Position numbers and translations under genes: made by a program
The notes under the pieces: generated by a model
What the model saw: only the letters and a program-made list of their open reading frames with translations
What the model was told of the DNA's origin: nothing
Databases searched by the model: none
Source of the DNA: Candidatus Iainarchaeum sp.
GTDB taxonomy: Archaea; Iainarchaeota; Iainarchaeia; Iainarchaeales; Iainarchaeaceae
Direction of reading: 5' to 3'
Length of the DNA stretch: 64,000 nt
NCBI GenBank assembly: GCA_016202305.1
Contig: JACQPB010000034.1
Location: forward strand, 27,262-91,261
Shown here: positions 29,891 through 40,057 of the stretch, in pieces
Numbering within the stretch: the stretch's first letter is position 1
Layout: every line of letters starts with the position of its first letter

Positions 29891-30517
29891 ATGCGTGGAC
29901 TGTTCATCGTCTTCGATGGGCTCGATGGCGCGGGAAAAGGCACCGCATTGCGCGGCGCGAGGTCGTTCCTTATCGCAAAAGGGATTCCGGAGGAAAAAAT
30001 GCTAGTGACTGCCGAACCAACAGGCGGCCTTCACGGAAAGAAGCTGAGGGAAATGCTTTCCCAGCAGGTGAACCCGGAAGTGAATGCGCGGCAGTTCCTC
30101 GACCTCTACATTGCCGACAGGAAGGAGCACACGGAAAGTGAAATACTTCCGGCCATCTCCGCTGGAAAAATAATTCTCTGTGACCGCTACAAGTACAGCA
30201 CTTTCGTCTATCAGGGCCTGCAGGGCATCCCTCTGGAGAAAATACGCGGGCTTCATGCCGGCATGCCAGTGCCCGACATAACCTTCATACTAGACCTTCC
30301 CGCAGAAACCGCATTGGAGAGGATTTCCCGCAGGAAGAGGCGCGAGGTGTTCGAGGAAATAGGGTTCATGGAAAAGGTGAGGCAGGGCTTCCTGTCGCTG
30401 AAGCGCGCCATTCCGGAGGAAAATATTGTCGTTGTAGACGCTTCCCGCAGCATCCGTGATGTGAGGGGCGAAATCAATGCCACGCTTGAAAAACTGATTG
30501 CGACCGCCGGGAATTGA
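29891..30517 (+). CDS. tmk: thymidylate kinase
   Basis: P-loop FIVFDGLDGAGKGT, a DRY motif (CDRYKYS) and a lid region; 208 aa. Confidence 0.85.
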   Translation: MRGLFIVFDGLDGAGKGTALRGARSFLIAKGIPEEKMLVTAEPTGGLHGKKLREMLSQQVNPEVNARQFLDLYIADRKEHTESEILPAISAGKIILCDRYKYSTFVYQGLQGIPLEKIRGLHAGMPVPDITFILDLPAETALERISRRKRREVFEEIGFMEKVRQGFLSLKRAIPEENIVVVDASRSIRDVRGEINATLEKLIATAGN

Positions 30518-30646
30518 ACCCGGGTCTGAGCCTGATTACAGCTTTGCTGATTACGCGCTTTTCCTTCTAATCAGCGTTTTTCTTTTCGTACACCGAAAAG
30601 AAAAAAGTGTGGCAAGGCCCAATCATAACCGTTAGACCACGGTCGC
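30509..30646 (-). tRNA. tRNA-Gly (anticodon GCC) with a 66-nt intron at the canonical 37/38 position
   Basis: The 5' exon is GCGACCGTGGTCTAACGGTTATGATTGGGCCTTGCCA (+30610-30646). The 3' exon is AGGCTCAGACCCGGGTTCAATTCCCGGCGGTCGCA (+30509-30543). The acceptor and anticodon stems pair only if 30544-30609 is spliced out. Confidence 0.55.
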
Positions 30647-30674
30647 TTTGAAGGAATTTTCCCTGCAAATCCTT

Positions 30675-31262
30675 TTAAACCATCATTCCCCGAATCCACT
30701 TCCGGAGTTTCTGGATTATCTTTGCCGGCTTTCTGCTGTAGCATACTTTCGCATATTTTTCGCCGATTGATTTCATGATTGCTTTTGCGCTTGAGGAAAA
30801 TCCGCCGGTCCCTGAAAGTATCCCGATGGGTTTCTTCATCATTATCGCAAGTGTGAATTCATTAAGCGTGCCTATTCCGCCAGAGGCGAACACTACTGCA
30901 TCAGAAGCTTTTACGAGTTCTATGTTCCTGCCAACGAAACCTTTTCCGGTGAATATTATCTCATCAAACCCTTCGACAGGATATCCATATTCGAGAACGT
31001 GCTCCTCTGCGCTTTTTGCAGGGGAAATGCCGAGGGTTTTCCCGCCCGCTTTCCTTGCACCTTGCGCCGCTGCATGGCTTGCGCCAATGGTAGCGCCTGT
31101 GACAAGGTGAAACCCGCCGAGCGCTATGGCCCGGCCAAGCTCTTCACAGGATTTTAGCGCCTTTCTCCCGGCTTTTTTCCCGCCACAGACAGCAATCATT
31201 TTCTGCATAATTTTTGCCATTGAATTTCGCATACGGCCAGTGCTTCGTCTTTGGCCATGCAT
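30675..31262 (-). CDS. LOG-family (TIGR00725) Rossmann-fold protein
   Basis: MIAVCGG..., GGFHLVTGA and VVFASGGIGTLNEF motifs of the LOG/lysine-decarboxylase-like family. Confidence 0.65.
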   Translation of the reverse strand: MHGQRRSTGRMRNSMAKIMQKMIAVCGGKKAGRKALKSCEELGRAIALGGFHLVTGATIGASHAAAQGARKAGGKTLGISPAKSAEEHVLEYGYPVEGFDEIIFTGKGFVGRNIELVKASDAVVFASGGIGTLNEFTLAIMMKKPIGILSGTGGFSSSAKAIMKSIGEKYAKVCYSRKPAKIIQKLRKWIRGMMV

Positions 31263-31266
31263 TGGT

Positions 31267-32154
31267 CTACATGTTCCTGAGCCTCGCTATCCTGTCGGCA
31301 ATCGGTGGGTGCGTGCTGAACATGCCGTCGAAAAAGCTGCGCCTGTTCTTGAGGGGGTTGTCTATGTACATGTGCGCTGTAGCCTTGTTCGCGGCCTCTA
31401 GGACTTCCTTGTCCCCGCCGATTTTCGCCAGCGCGCTCGCAAGGCCGTTAGGGTTTCTCGTGAGCAGTGCGGCCGAGGCGTCCGCGAGGTATTCGCGCTG
31501 CCTTGAAATTGCCATGTTGATTATTGCCGCGATGAAAGGCGTGAGCACTGCGAGAGCCACTCCAGCGAGGAGGAGGACGAGGCCCATGCGGCCCTGCTCC
31601 CTGTCCCTGTGCCCCCAGAGCGTTGCCCTCAGCAGCACGTCGCTCAGCAGTGCGGTAACGCCTACAAGCACCGAGACTATAGTGGATAGCCTGATGTCGT
31701 AGTTCTTTATGTGGCTCATCTCGTGGGCGATGACGCCTTCGAGTTCCTGCCTGTCGAGCTTCTGGAGGATTCCTGTGGTGACCACCACGATTCCGTGCTC
31801 CGGGTCCCTGCCGGTTGCAAACGCGTTCAGTGCGGTGTCGTTTATCACGTACGCTTTCGGCTTGGATATTCCGGCGGCGACAGAAAGGCCGTCGATGACG
31901 TTGAAAAGGTACGGGTGCTCATCCTTCTTCACTTCGCGGGCTCCGCTTATCGCCAGGACAATCCTGTCGGAGTAAAAGTAGTTCACCAGCGAATAGACGA
32001 TTACGAATATTCCGCCGATTGCGAGGCCGAAGCTGCCTATGCCGAACACTATCCTGCCGAGCAGCCACGCAAGCACTATTATGAAAATGGAGAATGCCGC
32101 CACGAGGATTATGGTGTTGCGCTTGTTTTCCCCTATCTGTTCGTACATACGCAC
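31267..32154 (-). CDS. htpX: zinc metalloprotease HtpX
   Basis: TM helices plus HEMSHIKN (HExxH), with a downstream E as in M48 peptidases. Confidence 0.85.
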   Translation of the reverse strand: MRMYEQIGENKRNTIILVAAFSIFIIVLAWLLGRIVFGIGSFGLAIGGIFVIVYSLVNYFYSDRIVLAISGAREVKKDEHPYLFNVIDGLSVAAGISKPKAYVINDTALNAFATGRDPEHGIVVVTTGILQKLDRQELEGVIAHEMSHIKNYDIRLSTIVSVLVGVTALLSDVLLRATLWGHRDREQGRMGLVLLLAGVALAVLTPFIAAIINMAISRQREYLADASAALLTRNPNGLASALAKIGGDKEVLEAANKATAHMYIDNPLKNRRSFFDGMFSTHPPIADRIARLRNM

Positions 32155-32186
32155 CCGCCCGGAATCCTGTGGTCATGCCGGTGTTT

Positions 32187-32750
32187 TCAGAACTGGACTT
32201 TCACGTTTTCCCGTGCAGCTTCCTCTATGCGGAAATATTCGTTCTTCCTGAACCCGAACGCTGACGCGATTATGCTGTCCGGCAGGGTTTCCACTTTGGT
32301 GTTGAATGCCAGTACGGTGTCGTTGTAGAACTGGCGCGTGTAGGCGAGCTTCGACTCGATGCCGGATAGCTCTTCCTGCAGCATGAGGAAATTCTGGTTG
32401 GCCTTGAGGTCAGGGTAGGCTTCCGAAACCGCGAACAGGCTTTTTAGCGCGCCGGAGAGCATGTTCTCCGCGGCCATTTTTTCCTTAGGGCTTCCTGCCT
32501 TTGTTATTGCGGCCCTTGCCTCCGTGACCATTTTCAGGGTTTCTTTTTCGTGCTTGGTGTAGCCTTTCACGGTTTCGATGAGGTTGGGAACGAGGTCGTA
32601 CCTTCTCTTGAGCTGGACGTCTATTTGGCTCCACGAGTTCTCTATCCTGTTCCTGAGCGTGACGAACCCGTTGTACGCCAGCACAAGCCAGATTACTGCT
32701 ATTGCTATTATTCCTATTATCAGAAGTCCTATTGTTTCAACAAGCCCCAT
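32187..32750 (-). CDS. lemA: LemA family membrane protein
   Basis: N-terminal TM helix and the LemA core (YNGFVTLRN...QRRYDLVPNL...TE). Confidence 0.85.
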   Translation of the reverse strand: MGLVETIGLLIIGIIAIAVIWLVLAYNGFVTLRNRIENSWSQIDVQLKRRYDLVPNLIETVKGYTKHEKETLKMVTEARAAITKAGSPKEKMAAENMLSGALKSLFAVSEAYPDLKANQNFLMLQEELSGIESKLAYTRQFYNDTVLAFNTKVETLPDSIIASAFGFRKNEYFRIEEAARENVKVQF

Positions 32751-32922
32751 TCAATCAACTCCACACGGATAATATTATTGCCTACCTTGTATTTAATAGC
32801 AAAGGACAAAAAGGAAACAATGCCTTGGCCATACGGCCATGCCCCGATGTCCTTTGGGCGTGATTTCTGCAGGCCCTTGTTTCCATTCAAGTGTCCGCCA
32901 CTATAACTTTATTTTTTTGTCA

Positions 32923-32995
32923 TGGGCCGGGCAGGATTCGAACCTGCGACCTCATCGGTGTAAACGATGTGTCATAGCCGCTAGACCACCGGCCC
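32923..32995 (-). tRNA. tRNA-Val (anticodon TAC)
   Basis: GGGCCGGTGGTCTAGCGGCTATGACACATCGTTTACACCGATGAGGTCGCAGGTTCGAATCCTGCCCGGCCCA. Acceptor and T-arm fold cleanly, with anticodon stem CATCG/CGATG and loop TTTACAC. Confidence 0.7.
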
Positions 32996-33172
32996 GGCTT
33001 TTCTTTTTCTTTGGCGGAAAAAGAACGAATCCGGCCGAAAAGAAAAGAAAGGCAAATGGTTAAAGCATTGACGGAGGCGGAAAAGATTGAAAAATGTCGG
33101 ATGCGGGCATGAATCATGGCCCGATTCGCGCTATCTTTAAATAGTCCCTTAGTGTAATTAGGTTGGGTTTGC

Positions 33173-33640
33173 ATGGGCCGGTTAGTGCATTTCAGGGTCG
33201 CGGGAAGGGATGTGCATATAGTCAAGCTTGTCGGCGCCTTCATCATTTTCGGGGCGGCCCTGATGTTCGTTCAGTCTTCCTCGCAGATGTTCGATTCGTG
33301 GGACATAATGAAGTATTATGATTCGTGCGTCCTCGGCATAAGCAGCAACCAGACGCCGGATTATTATAAGTCGCAGTTCGGTTTTTGTGCCGGCATACTC
33401 CGCGAGGCTACCGGCATTGTTGTGAGGCCTGACCATCCTTTCCTGACGCTCCGCCAGTTCTCCGTTGGCCTGCTTGCACCCATGGCCTCACTGCTTTTCT
33501 GGCTCGCGGTCCTGTTCCTCGGTTATCTTCTTTACAGGAGCGACAGGGTGTACCTGCCGATTGGCGGGAGTTTCGGTTCTTCTGGGGTGGCTCCGTTTTC
33601 CGGGCCAGTGAGGAAGTTTGCGCCGAAGGGCAGGAAATAG
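33173..33640 (+). CDS. hypothetical membrane protein
   Basis: Three predicted TM helices and no motif. Confidence 0.3.
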   Translation: MGRLVHFRVAGRDVHIVKLVGAFIIFGAALMFVQSSSQMFDSWDIMKYYDSCVLGISSNQTPDYYKSQFGFCAGILREATGIVVRPDHPFLTLRQFSVGLLAPMASLLFWLAVLFLGYLLYRSDRVYLPIGGSFGSSGVAPFSGPVRKFAPKGRK

Positions 33641-33680
33641 CCCGCGTTTTTCACGGAAATATTATTCGGAAAGCAACCGC

Positions 33681-35048
33681 TCATAGCGCGGTCGCCTTCA
33701 CTCCTTTCATGCTTTCCACTTTGCCTTTCCTTGCGCCTATGACATACTTAGCGCCTGCCTTCTCCGCGGCTTCGACGAGCCTTTTTGTCACCACTCCATC
33801 GAAGATGACGGCGTGCGGACTTTTTGCCTTGCCAACTTCCGCGACCAGGTCCTTGACCTTGACTTCCTTCATCACTTTGTTTTCCTGGTCCAGGATTCTG
33901 GCGTTCATGGTGCCCTTGAGTTCCTGCAGCATGGGCTTGTAGGCTGATTCCTCTTCGGGGGAAAGCATTTCCTGTGGCTGCGGCACCGGCATTCCCTGGC
34001 CTATGGGGCCGTCCTGTGAAAACGGCGTGACCTCGAACATCCTGCCGCCGCCCTGGCGTTCATGCGGTGCGCCTTCGCCTCTCCACGGGGGCCTCGTGCC
34101 GCGCCTTCCGTGCCTTTCACGCCCGTCGTGTCCGTGCAGCCTTGGGGGGCCTTCCCGGAACCCGCGCCTCGGAAAGCCGCTTTCGCGTTCGGGCCTGAAT
34201 TCCCGCGGCCTGAAGTGTGTTTCTGCCGCAAGCTCTTCAATTGCCTTCACTCTCCTCTTCAGTGACTGGAGTATTTCTTTCCTTGCGAGTTCCTCCACTT
34301 CCTTGCCGTCCGGTGCCTTGGCTATGTATTCAATGCGCGCAATCTGCGCAAGCTTCCTTGCATTGAGGGAGCCTCCGCGGTCCCCGTCGACGAAGGCCGT
34401 TATCTGCTTGCGCTTGCTGAGGTCTATTATCGTCTGGGGTATGTTGGAGCCGTTCATGCCGATGACGTTCCTTATCTGGTTCCTGAGGAGGTTTAGGACG
34501 TCTGCCCTTCCCTCCACTACTATAACTTCGGCGCTGGATTCTATGTCCGGGCCGGCCGGCAGCTTGTCCGGGCCGTACTCGCATATGTCCGCGGCGCGTG
34601 CGTCCTCGCGTATTTCCTCGCTCAGCATCTGTGTTTCCGGCGAGCTCTTGTCCATTAGCCGCTTGAGCAGTTCCTTTGCCCTGTCCTTTATCTCTTTCCT
34701 CTTGTCCGAGCGCGTGTCCTCTATGTCCACTATCTCGAGCTTGGCTTCGCATGGCCCGACCTTGTCAACGCTCTCGATGCTTGCCCCGAGCAGGCTGGTC
34801 TCCGCCATGTCCATGGAACTCGGCACGAGGACCTCGCCCTTCGTCCTTCCCATTGATGTATTCAGGATTATCTCTATGCGGCCGAGCTTCCCGTTCTTCT
34901 GGAGCTCCTTGAGGTCCATTTCATCGCCGAGCAGGCCTTCGCTCTGCCCGAAAATCGCGCCGACTATGTCGGGTTTGTCAACTATCCCGTCTATCTCGAA
35001 TTTTATTTTCACCATGTACTTCACGGCGTTTATGTAAGTCTTTGCCAT
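33681..35048 (-). CDS. dnaG: DNA primase DnaG (archaeal, TOPRIM)
   Basis: TOPRIM motifs VVEGRADVLNL and DGDRGG. A Gly/Arg-rich insert precedes the C-terminus. Confidence 0.85.
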   Translation of the reverse strand: MAKTYINAVKYMVKIKFEIDGIVDKPDIVGAIFGQSEGLLGDEMDLKELQKNGKLGRIEIILNTSMGRTKGEVLVPSSMDMAETSLLGASIESVDKVGPCEAKLEIVDIEDTRSDKRKEIKDRAKELLKRLMDKSSPETQMLSEEIREDARAADICEYGPDKLPAGPDIESSAEVIVVEGRADVLNLLRNQIRNVIGMNGSNIPQTIIDLSKRKQITAFVDGDRGGSLNARKLAQIARIEYIAKAPDGKEVEELARKEILQSLKRRVKAIEELAAETHFRPREFRPERESGFPRRGFREGPPRLHGHDGRERHGRRGTRPPWRGEGAPHERQGGGRMFEVTPFSQDGPIGQGMPVPQPQEMLSPEEESAYKPMLQELKGTMNARILDQENKVMKEVKVKDLVAEVGKAKSPHAVIFDGVVTKRLVEAAEKAGAKYVIGARKGKVESMKGVKATAL

Positions 35049-35132
35049 TGTCATCACTCCGTAACTGGCTTCCAACGCATTTCGTGCGGTGCATTTCCTG
35101 CCCCGCGCTGCGTTTCATTGCTGCATATAAAA

Positions 35133-35420
35133 TCAGGTTTTGGGGTTGCGGGATATTATCTCTGTTATTTCCGGCATCGAAATCCCTTCGAGCAGGATTA
35201 TTTTCTGCCTGCTTTTTCCGCCGGAAACTATCCGCGTCTTGGCATGAAACAGCTTTCCAAGCTCTTCAATGATTTCCATGTTCGCTCCGCCCTTGAGGGC
35301 TTTCGCGGAAACCTTGACTCTGAGAGCTTTCGTCCACGGGTTGAAACCCATTACAGCGAACTTTTTCGAATTTGGAATCACTTCCAGTCCGAGTTCAACT
35401 GATTGTTTCGCTGTGCTCAT
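35133..35420 (-). CDS. DUF167/YggU family protein
   Basis: 95 aa with a LEV...NSKK...G..P....LRVKVSAKALKGGAN pattern typical of UPF0235. Confidence 0.55.
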   Translation of the reverse strand: MSTAKQSVELGLEVIPNSKKFAVMGFNPWTKALRVKVSAKALKGGANMEIIEELGKLFHAKTRIVSGGKSRQKIILLEGISMPEITEIISRNPKT

Positions 35421-35652
35421 TGTTTCATGCTGTCAAACGTAAACCAATGCTTTGCCGCCAAAACCTGAGTTTAAGCGCAATCTGCCGTAATAAGGCATTA
35501 CTAACAATTGCCCTGTGAAAAGTATATTAACCTCTTGGTTCCCGTTCAGGGCCCATAAAAACCGTTAAAATGCCTTAAAATGGCGAAAGAAGGCTTTTTA
35601 TTGTGGGCAAATGCCCGTACCACTTATTAAATCCGCCATTCCTCTTTCATGC

Positions 35653-36114
35653 ATGGCCCATTACAACAAGGGCGCCAATGCCGAGCGCGAATTAGTGCGG
35701 CTTTTCTGGGGCAAGGGCTTTGCCATCGCGCGGATTGCGGGTTCCGGCAAGAATGCCCTCCCGATGCCGGACCTCATAGTCATGGGCAAGGGCCGGTCGA
35801 TAGTCATCGAGGCCAAGGCTTGGCGCGCGAACAATCTCACGATACTGGACGGGCAGATGCAGGAGCTCTTCAAGTGGCATGAGCTGGCAAATGCCGAGGT
35901 TTATGTCGCGTGGAAGTACCCCAACAAGGGGTGGTTCTTCATAAGGCCCCGGGATTTCCGCAAGAACAAGCATTACTCGATTTCATTCACGGAAGCGCAG
36001 CGCAAGGGCGCGACACTCGAAATACTGCTCGGCGAGCAGAGCCGGCTCCGCGATACTGCCGAATCAAGTCCTTCCGGGCAAAAAAAGCAAGCGCAGCCAT
36101 CATCTGGAAGATAG
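35653..36114 (+). CDS. hjc: Holliday junction resolvase Hjc
   Basis: AERELVRLFWGKGFAIARIAGSG...DLIVMGKGRSIVIEAKA carries the PD-(D/E)xK motifs of Hjc. The start is taken at MAHYNKG. Confidence 0.8.
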   Translation: MAHYNKGANAERELVRLFWGKGFAIARIAGSGKNALPMPDLIVMGKGRSIVIEAKAWRANNLTILDGQMQELFKWHELANAEVYVAWKYPNKGWFFIRPRDFRKNKHYSISFTEAQRKGATLEILLGEQSRLRDTAESSPSGQKKQAQPSSGR

Positions 36115-36295
36115 GGCCTTGCCGTATTCGTTGAGTTCCCGGAGCGCGTTCTCGAGGTGTATCCGCGCCCTCAGGCCCTTCTCCTTTTCCCTGAGCTTTT
36201 CGACTTCCCTGATAACGAGTTCGAACTCTATCATGCGGACCGATAGAATGTTCCCCGAAATGGTTTAAAAACTGGTGCTGGCTTCCAAAGCGGCT

Positions 36296-39200
36296 TCACA
36301 TCACTGTAGCCGCAAACAGCATGGTTATGGTTATCAGTGCCATCACGGCCAGGTATACGAGCGAGAATATGCTTATCGGCTTGCCGAAGTTTGCGAAGAG
36401 CAGGTAAAGCGTGCCGATTCCGAAAACCACGCCAAGCAGCCAGAGCACGTTAGCTATCACTGAGCTTCTTTTCACTACGTTCTTCATCCCTGTCTTTTCG
36501 AGGTCCTGCCTCACCTGCTGTATCGACTCGGCTATTTCCTCGAGGTCCTCTTCGTTCGGCAGGGATTTCTGCAGGTTCCCGAACCTGTTCAGGATGATTG
36601 TGTTGGTTTCCTGCTTGAGTTTCTGCATTTCCTGTCTTGTGACAAGTATGTTCTGGGTGAGCTGCTGCTGGACCTGCTGGGCCGTTGCCGCATTTTCCTG
36701 CCTCGCGAGTTGCCTTGCCTGCTCAGGCGTGACCCTTTGCAGCTCGGCTATTTCCTTGAGCGACTTCGCGAGCTTGCCTATTTCGGTGCCGGACTTCTGG
36801 GACTCCTCCTTGAGCAACTGCCTCACCTGCTCGTAGGCCGACCTCTGCTGTATGCCGAGCTCTATGACGGACTTTCCGAGGTCTTTCTTGATTTCCTCTA
36901 CCGCGGCCGGGGTTTCCTGCTTCACAATCTGCCTGAGCTGTTCCGGGTTGAGCCTTGGCAGCTGGCTCTTGAGGCCTTCAATCGTGCGCACTGCTTCCTG
37001 TCTCGCGAGCTGCACGGCCTGCTCTTTCTGTTTTTCCATTTCCTGCCTTGTGAGCTGTATTTCCTGCTTGGCCATCTTTTCGACGCTCGAGCGTATGTCC
37101 TGTACGCCTTTCTCGGTTTCCTTTCGTGCTGATTGCAATTCGTCCCTTGTGAGCTTCACGAGCTGTGTCTTCAGCTCTCCTGCGAGGCTGGAATTTTCGC
37201 GCCTCACGAGCTGGAGGAGTTCCGGCTTCTGCTTCTCAATTTCCTGCCTCGTGGCCGCAAGCTGTTCCTGTGCGAGCCTGGAAAGTTGTACTATCTGGGG
37301 CTTCTGTGCCTCGATTTCCCGTTTCATGCTCGCAAGCTCCTCCTTCCCGCTCTTGAGAAGCTGTGTGCTTGCGCTCTTCTGGTTCTCTATTTCCTGTTTG
37401 GTTGTCTGGACGTGTTCCCTGCTGAGCTGGAGCATCTGCGAGAACTGCGTGCGCTGCTTTTCCGCTTCCTGCCTTGCGCCCTGCAGTTGCTCGCCGAGTA
37501 TGCGCATCATCTGCTCTCTGAGGCTCTCCGTCTCCTTCTTTGTCTGCTGGGAGTATTCCTGCGACATCTTAGTTAACTGACCTTTCAGCGATTGCGCGGT
37601 GTTTGCAGATTCGGCCTTCACGAGTTGCGTAAGCTGTGGCTTCTGCCTTTCGAGTTCCATGCGCAGTTCAGCGAGTTCCGTCTGCGTAAGCTTCACGATT
37701 TCGCCCTTCATTTCCTCCGCGGTTTTTGCGGATTCCTGCTTCACTGCCTGCCTTATGCGCTCAGGAACTTCCTTCTGCTGGGTGTTGAATTCCTTAAGCG
37801 ATTTTGTAAGCTCATTCTGGACTTCCTTCACGAGTGCCGGTGTCTCGTCCTTCACCAGCAGCCTGAGCTGCTCATGGTTGAGTTTTGGCATGTTGCGCTT
37901 CATTTCCTCGATTGTGCGGGCCGCTTCCTGCCTCGTAATCTGCGCAGTCTGCGATTTTTGCTTTTCCATTTCCTGTCTTGCGGTATCTATCTCCTGGCGC
38001 GTAAGCTTCATGAGGCTGTTCCTGAGCTCCTCGGAAGCCTCGCTGGTTTCCTGTTTTGCGGCCGTCAGTTCTTCCTGTACAAATTTCATTATCTGGTTGC
38101 GGGTGTCCTGGGTGATTCTTGAGGCTTCCTGCTTCGAGAGCTGTGCGAGCAGCGGCTTCTGCCTCTCGATTTCCTGCCTTAGCTGCGTGAGCTCTTCCTG
38201 GGTAGTCTTCACTATGCTGTTGCGCAGCCCCTGGCTCGTGGATGCTGCCTCCTGCTTCATGAATTGCGTGAGCAGCGGCTTTTGCCTTTCCAATTCCTGC
38301 TTCAGCTGCTGCATCTGGTCCTGGTTTGTCTTGGAGAGCTGACTCTTGAGCTCCTGTACAGCTGCCGTGGCTTCCTGCCTGAGCATCTGCGCTATCTGCG
38401 GCTTCTGCTTTTCCATTTCCTGCCTTAGCAGCTGTATGTCCTGTGCCGCCTTGGCTACATTGCTCTTGAACTCAGATGGGTTGCCGAATTCGCGCCTCAC
38501 TATCTGCAGCACCTGTTCGGCGTTAAGCTTCTGCGAGCTCATTTCCTTTGCGGCATTCAGCAGTTGTTCCTTGGCCTCTTCGTTTGCCTTGGCCGTTTCA
38601 TTGCGCAGGCGCTCCACTTCGTGCATTGCTGTGGAAATTTCCTGCCTGAGCTCCTTCACTGGTGCGCTGGTCTCCTGCTTCACCAGTTGCGCTATCTGTG
38701 GCTTCTGCCTCTCGATTTCCTGCCTCAGGGTGGTTATTTCCTGCGAGGCTTTGAGCGCCTGTGCCCTGAGCTCCTGCGCGCTCGCGGCGTACTCGCGCCT
38801 TACAATCTGGGTTATCTGTTCGGGGTTCAGTTTCTGGTTCCTTATGTCCTCGACTGCGCGCGCGAACTGCTGCTTTGTTTCCTCTGCCGCCCTCAGGCTT
38901 TCCTGCCTGATTTGCTGGGCATCCATGAGCGCCTTCGCGACCTGCTGGCGCATTTCCTGCGCTGGCCCGATTTCGCCTTTTATGTGCTGGAACTGCTCTT
39001 CAGCCGCTTTTGTGAACTGCTTCCTGATGTCCTCGGTCGCATACTTCGTTTCCTGCTTGAGTTGCTCCGCCACTGCCATGGCCTCTTGCTTTATGGTCTG
39101 CTCGAACTCAGGCTTCTGCTTCTCTATTTCCTGCTTTATCTGCTTCCTCAGCTGGCTTGCCTGGTCGAGCGCGGTTTCCATCATGCGCTGCTTCAGCTCC

Positions 39201-40057
39201 TCTGCGGTGCTTTCCGACTCGCGCTTCACAATCGCCTCTATTTCCGGCTTCTGCTTTTCGGTTTCCTGTTTTGCAATCTGCTTTATCTCGAGCACGAGTT
39301 CCAGCAGCTGGTCCTGGTTTGTCTTGGCCTGGCCGTTGAGGTCCCTTATAGTCTTGGCGAGCTGCTGTCTCAGGTCCTCGGTTGCCGACATGGCTTCTTC
39401 CTTGACCTGCTGCGTGACGTTCGGCAGCTCTTTCTGTATCTCCATCTTGAGTGTGCGCTGTATGTCTATGACCTGGTCCTGCGCGAGCTTGCTTTGCACG
39501 CTGACGTCCTTGAGGGACCTCTTGAGTTCGAGCACCTGGTTCTGGAGCGACTTGTTCTGGTCGGAGGTGCTTTTTTGGTAGTCCTTGATGTTGGTGATGA
39601 AGTTCTTGGTTATCTGGTGCCTGAGGTCCTCGGTGATGTTGATTGCCTCTTCCTTGACCTGCTGGACGAGGTTCGGCATCTCCTTCTCTAGCTCGCTCCT
39701 CACCGTGTCGTTGATTTGCTGTATCTGGTCCTCGGATGGGAGTCCCGGGCCGGTTTCCTTGATGTTGCCGATTATCGTCTTGGTTATCTGGTGCCTGAGG
39801 TCCTGTGTGGCGTTGGAGGCCTCTTCTTTTATCGCCTGGGAAATAGCCGGCCTCTGGCTCTCTATCTGGTCCTCGACTATCTTCTTGAGTTCGGCCTTGA
39901 GGAGGTTGAAGGTGTCTGCCTGCGCGAGAAGCAGGAGTTTCTTGGCCTTGTCCATGCTTACTCCGAGGTCGCGGAGCGTGCTGAGTATTTTATCCTCGCT
40001 TTCACCGTCGCGCACCATCTGGTCAATAGTGTCTATGATGCTAGGTTCCCTGGCCAT
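36296..40057 (-). CDS. giant repetitive coiled-coil protein with C-terminal membrane anchor (two TM helices)
   Basis: 1253 aa, almost entirely heptad-rich Q/E/K/L sequence. It has at least 15 copies of a ~30-aa unit, QE(I/M)E(K/R)QKPxxxQxxKQE...TxxLxxQ. The C-terminus has two hydrophobic helices (VIANVLWLLGVVFGIGTLYLLF and ISIFSLVYLAVMALITITMLF). Confidence 0.7.
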   Translation of the reverse strand: MAREPSIIDTIDQMVRDGESEDKILSTLRDLGVSMDKAKKLLLLAQADTFNLLKAELKKIVEDQIESQRPAISQAIKEEASNATQDLRHQITKTIIGNIKETGPGLPSEDQIQQINDTVRSELEKEMPNLVQQVKEEAINITEDLRHQITKNFITNIKDYQKSTSDQNKSLQNQVLELKRSLKDVSVQSKLAQDQVIDIQRTLKMEIQKELPNVTQQVKEEAMSATEDLRQQLAKTIRDLNGQAKTNQDQLLELVLEIKQIAKQETEKQKPEIEAIVKRESESTAEELKQRMMETALDQASQLRKQIKQEIEKQKPEFEQTIKQEAMAVAEQLKQETKYATEDIRKQFTKAAEEQFQHIKGEIGPAQEMRQQVAKALMDAQQIRQESLRAAEETKQQFARAVEDIRNQKLNPEQITQIVRREYAASAQELRAQALKASQEITTLRQEIERQKPQIAQLVKQETSAPVKELRQEISTAMHEVERLRNETAKANEEAKEQLLNAAKEMSSQKLNAEQVLQIVRREFGNPSEFKSNVAKAAQDIQLLRQEMEKQKPQIAQMLRQEATAAVQELKSQLSKTNQDQMQQLKQELERQKPLLTQFMKQEAASTSQGLRNSIVKTTQEELTQLRQEIERQKPLLAQLSKQEASRITQDTRNQIMKFVQEELTAAKQETSEASEELRNSLMKLTRQEIDTARQEMEKQKSQTAQITRQEAARTIEEMKRNMPKLNHEQLRLLVKDETPALVKEVQNELTKSLKEFNTQQKEVPERIRQAVKQESAKTAEEMKGEIVKLTQTELAELRMELERQKPQLTQLVKAESANTAQSLKGQLTKMSQEYSQQTKKETESLREQMMRILGEQLQGARQEAEKQRTQFSQMLQLSREHVQTTKQEIENQKSASTQLLKSGKEELASMKREIEAQKPQIVQLSRLAQEQLAATRQEIEKQKPELLQLVRRENSSLAGELKTQLVKLTRDELQSARKETEKGVQDIRSSVEKMAKQEIQLTRQEMEKQKEQAVQLARQEAVRTIEGLKSQLPRLNPEQLRQIVKQETPAAVEEIKKDLGKSVIELGIQQRSAYEQVRQLLKEESQKSGTEIGKLAKSLKEIAELQRVTPEQARQLARQENAATAQQVQQQLTQNILVTRQEMQKLKQETNTIILNRFGNLQKSLPNEEDLEEIAESIQQVRQDLEKTGMKNVVKRSSVIANVLWLLGVVFGIGTLYLLFANFGKPISIFSLVYLAVMALITITMLFAATVM
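36900..39300. repeat. dispersed in-frame direct repeats (~35-bp core GGCTTCTGCYTYTCSATTTCCTGCC and derivatives) inside the giant gene
   Basis: At least 10 copies visible on the + strand at irregular 70-450 bp spacing. Each encodes the QEIE(R/K)QKP motif. Confidence 0.7.
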
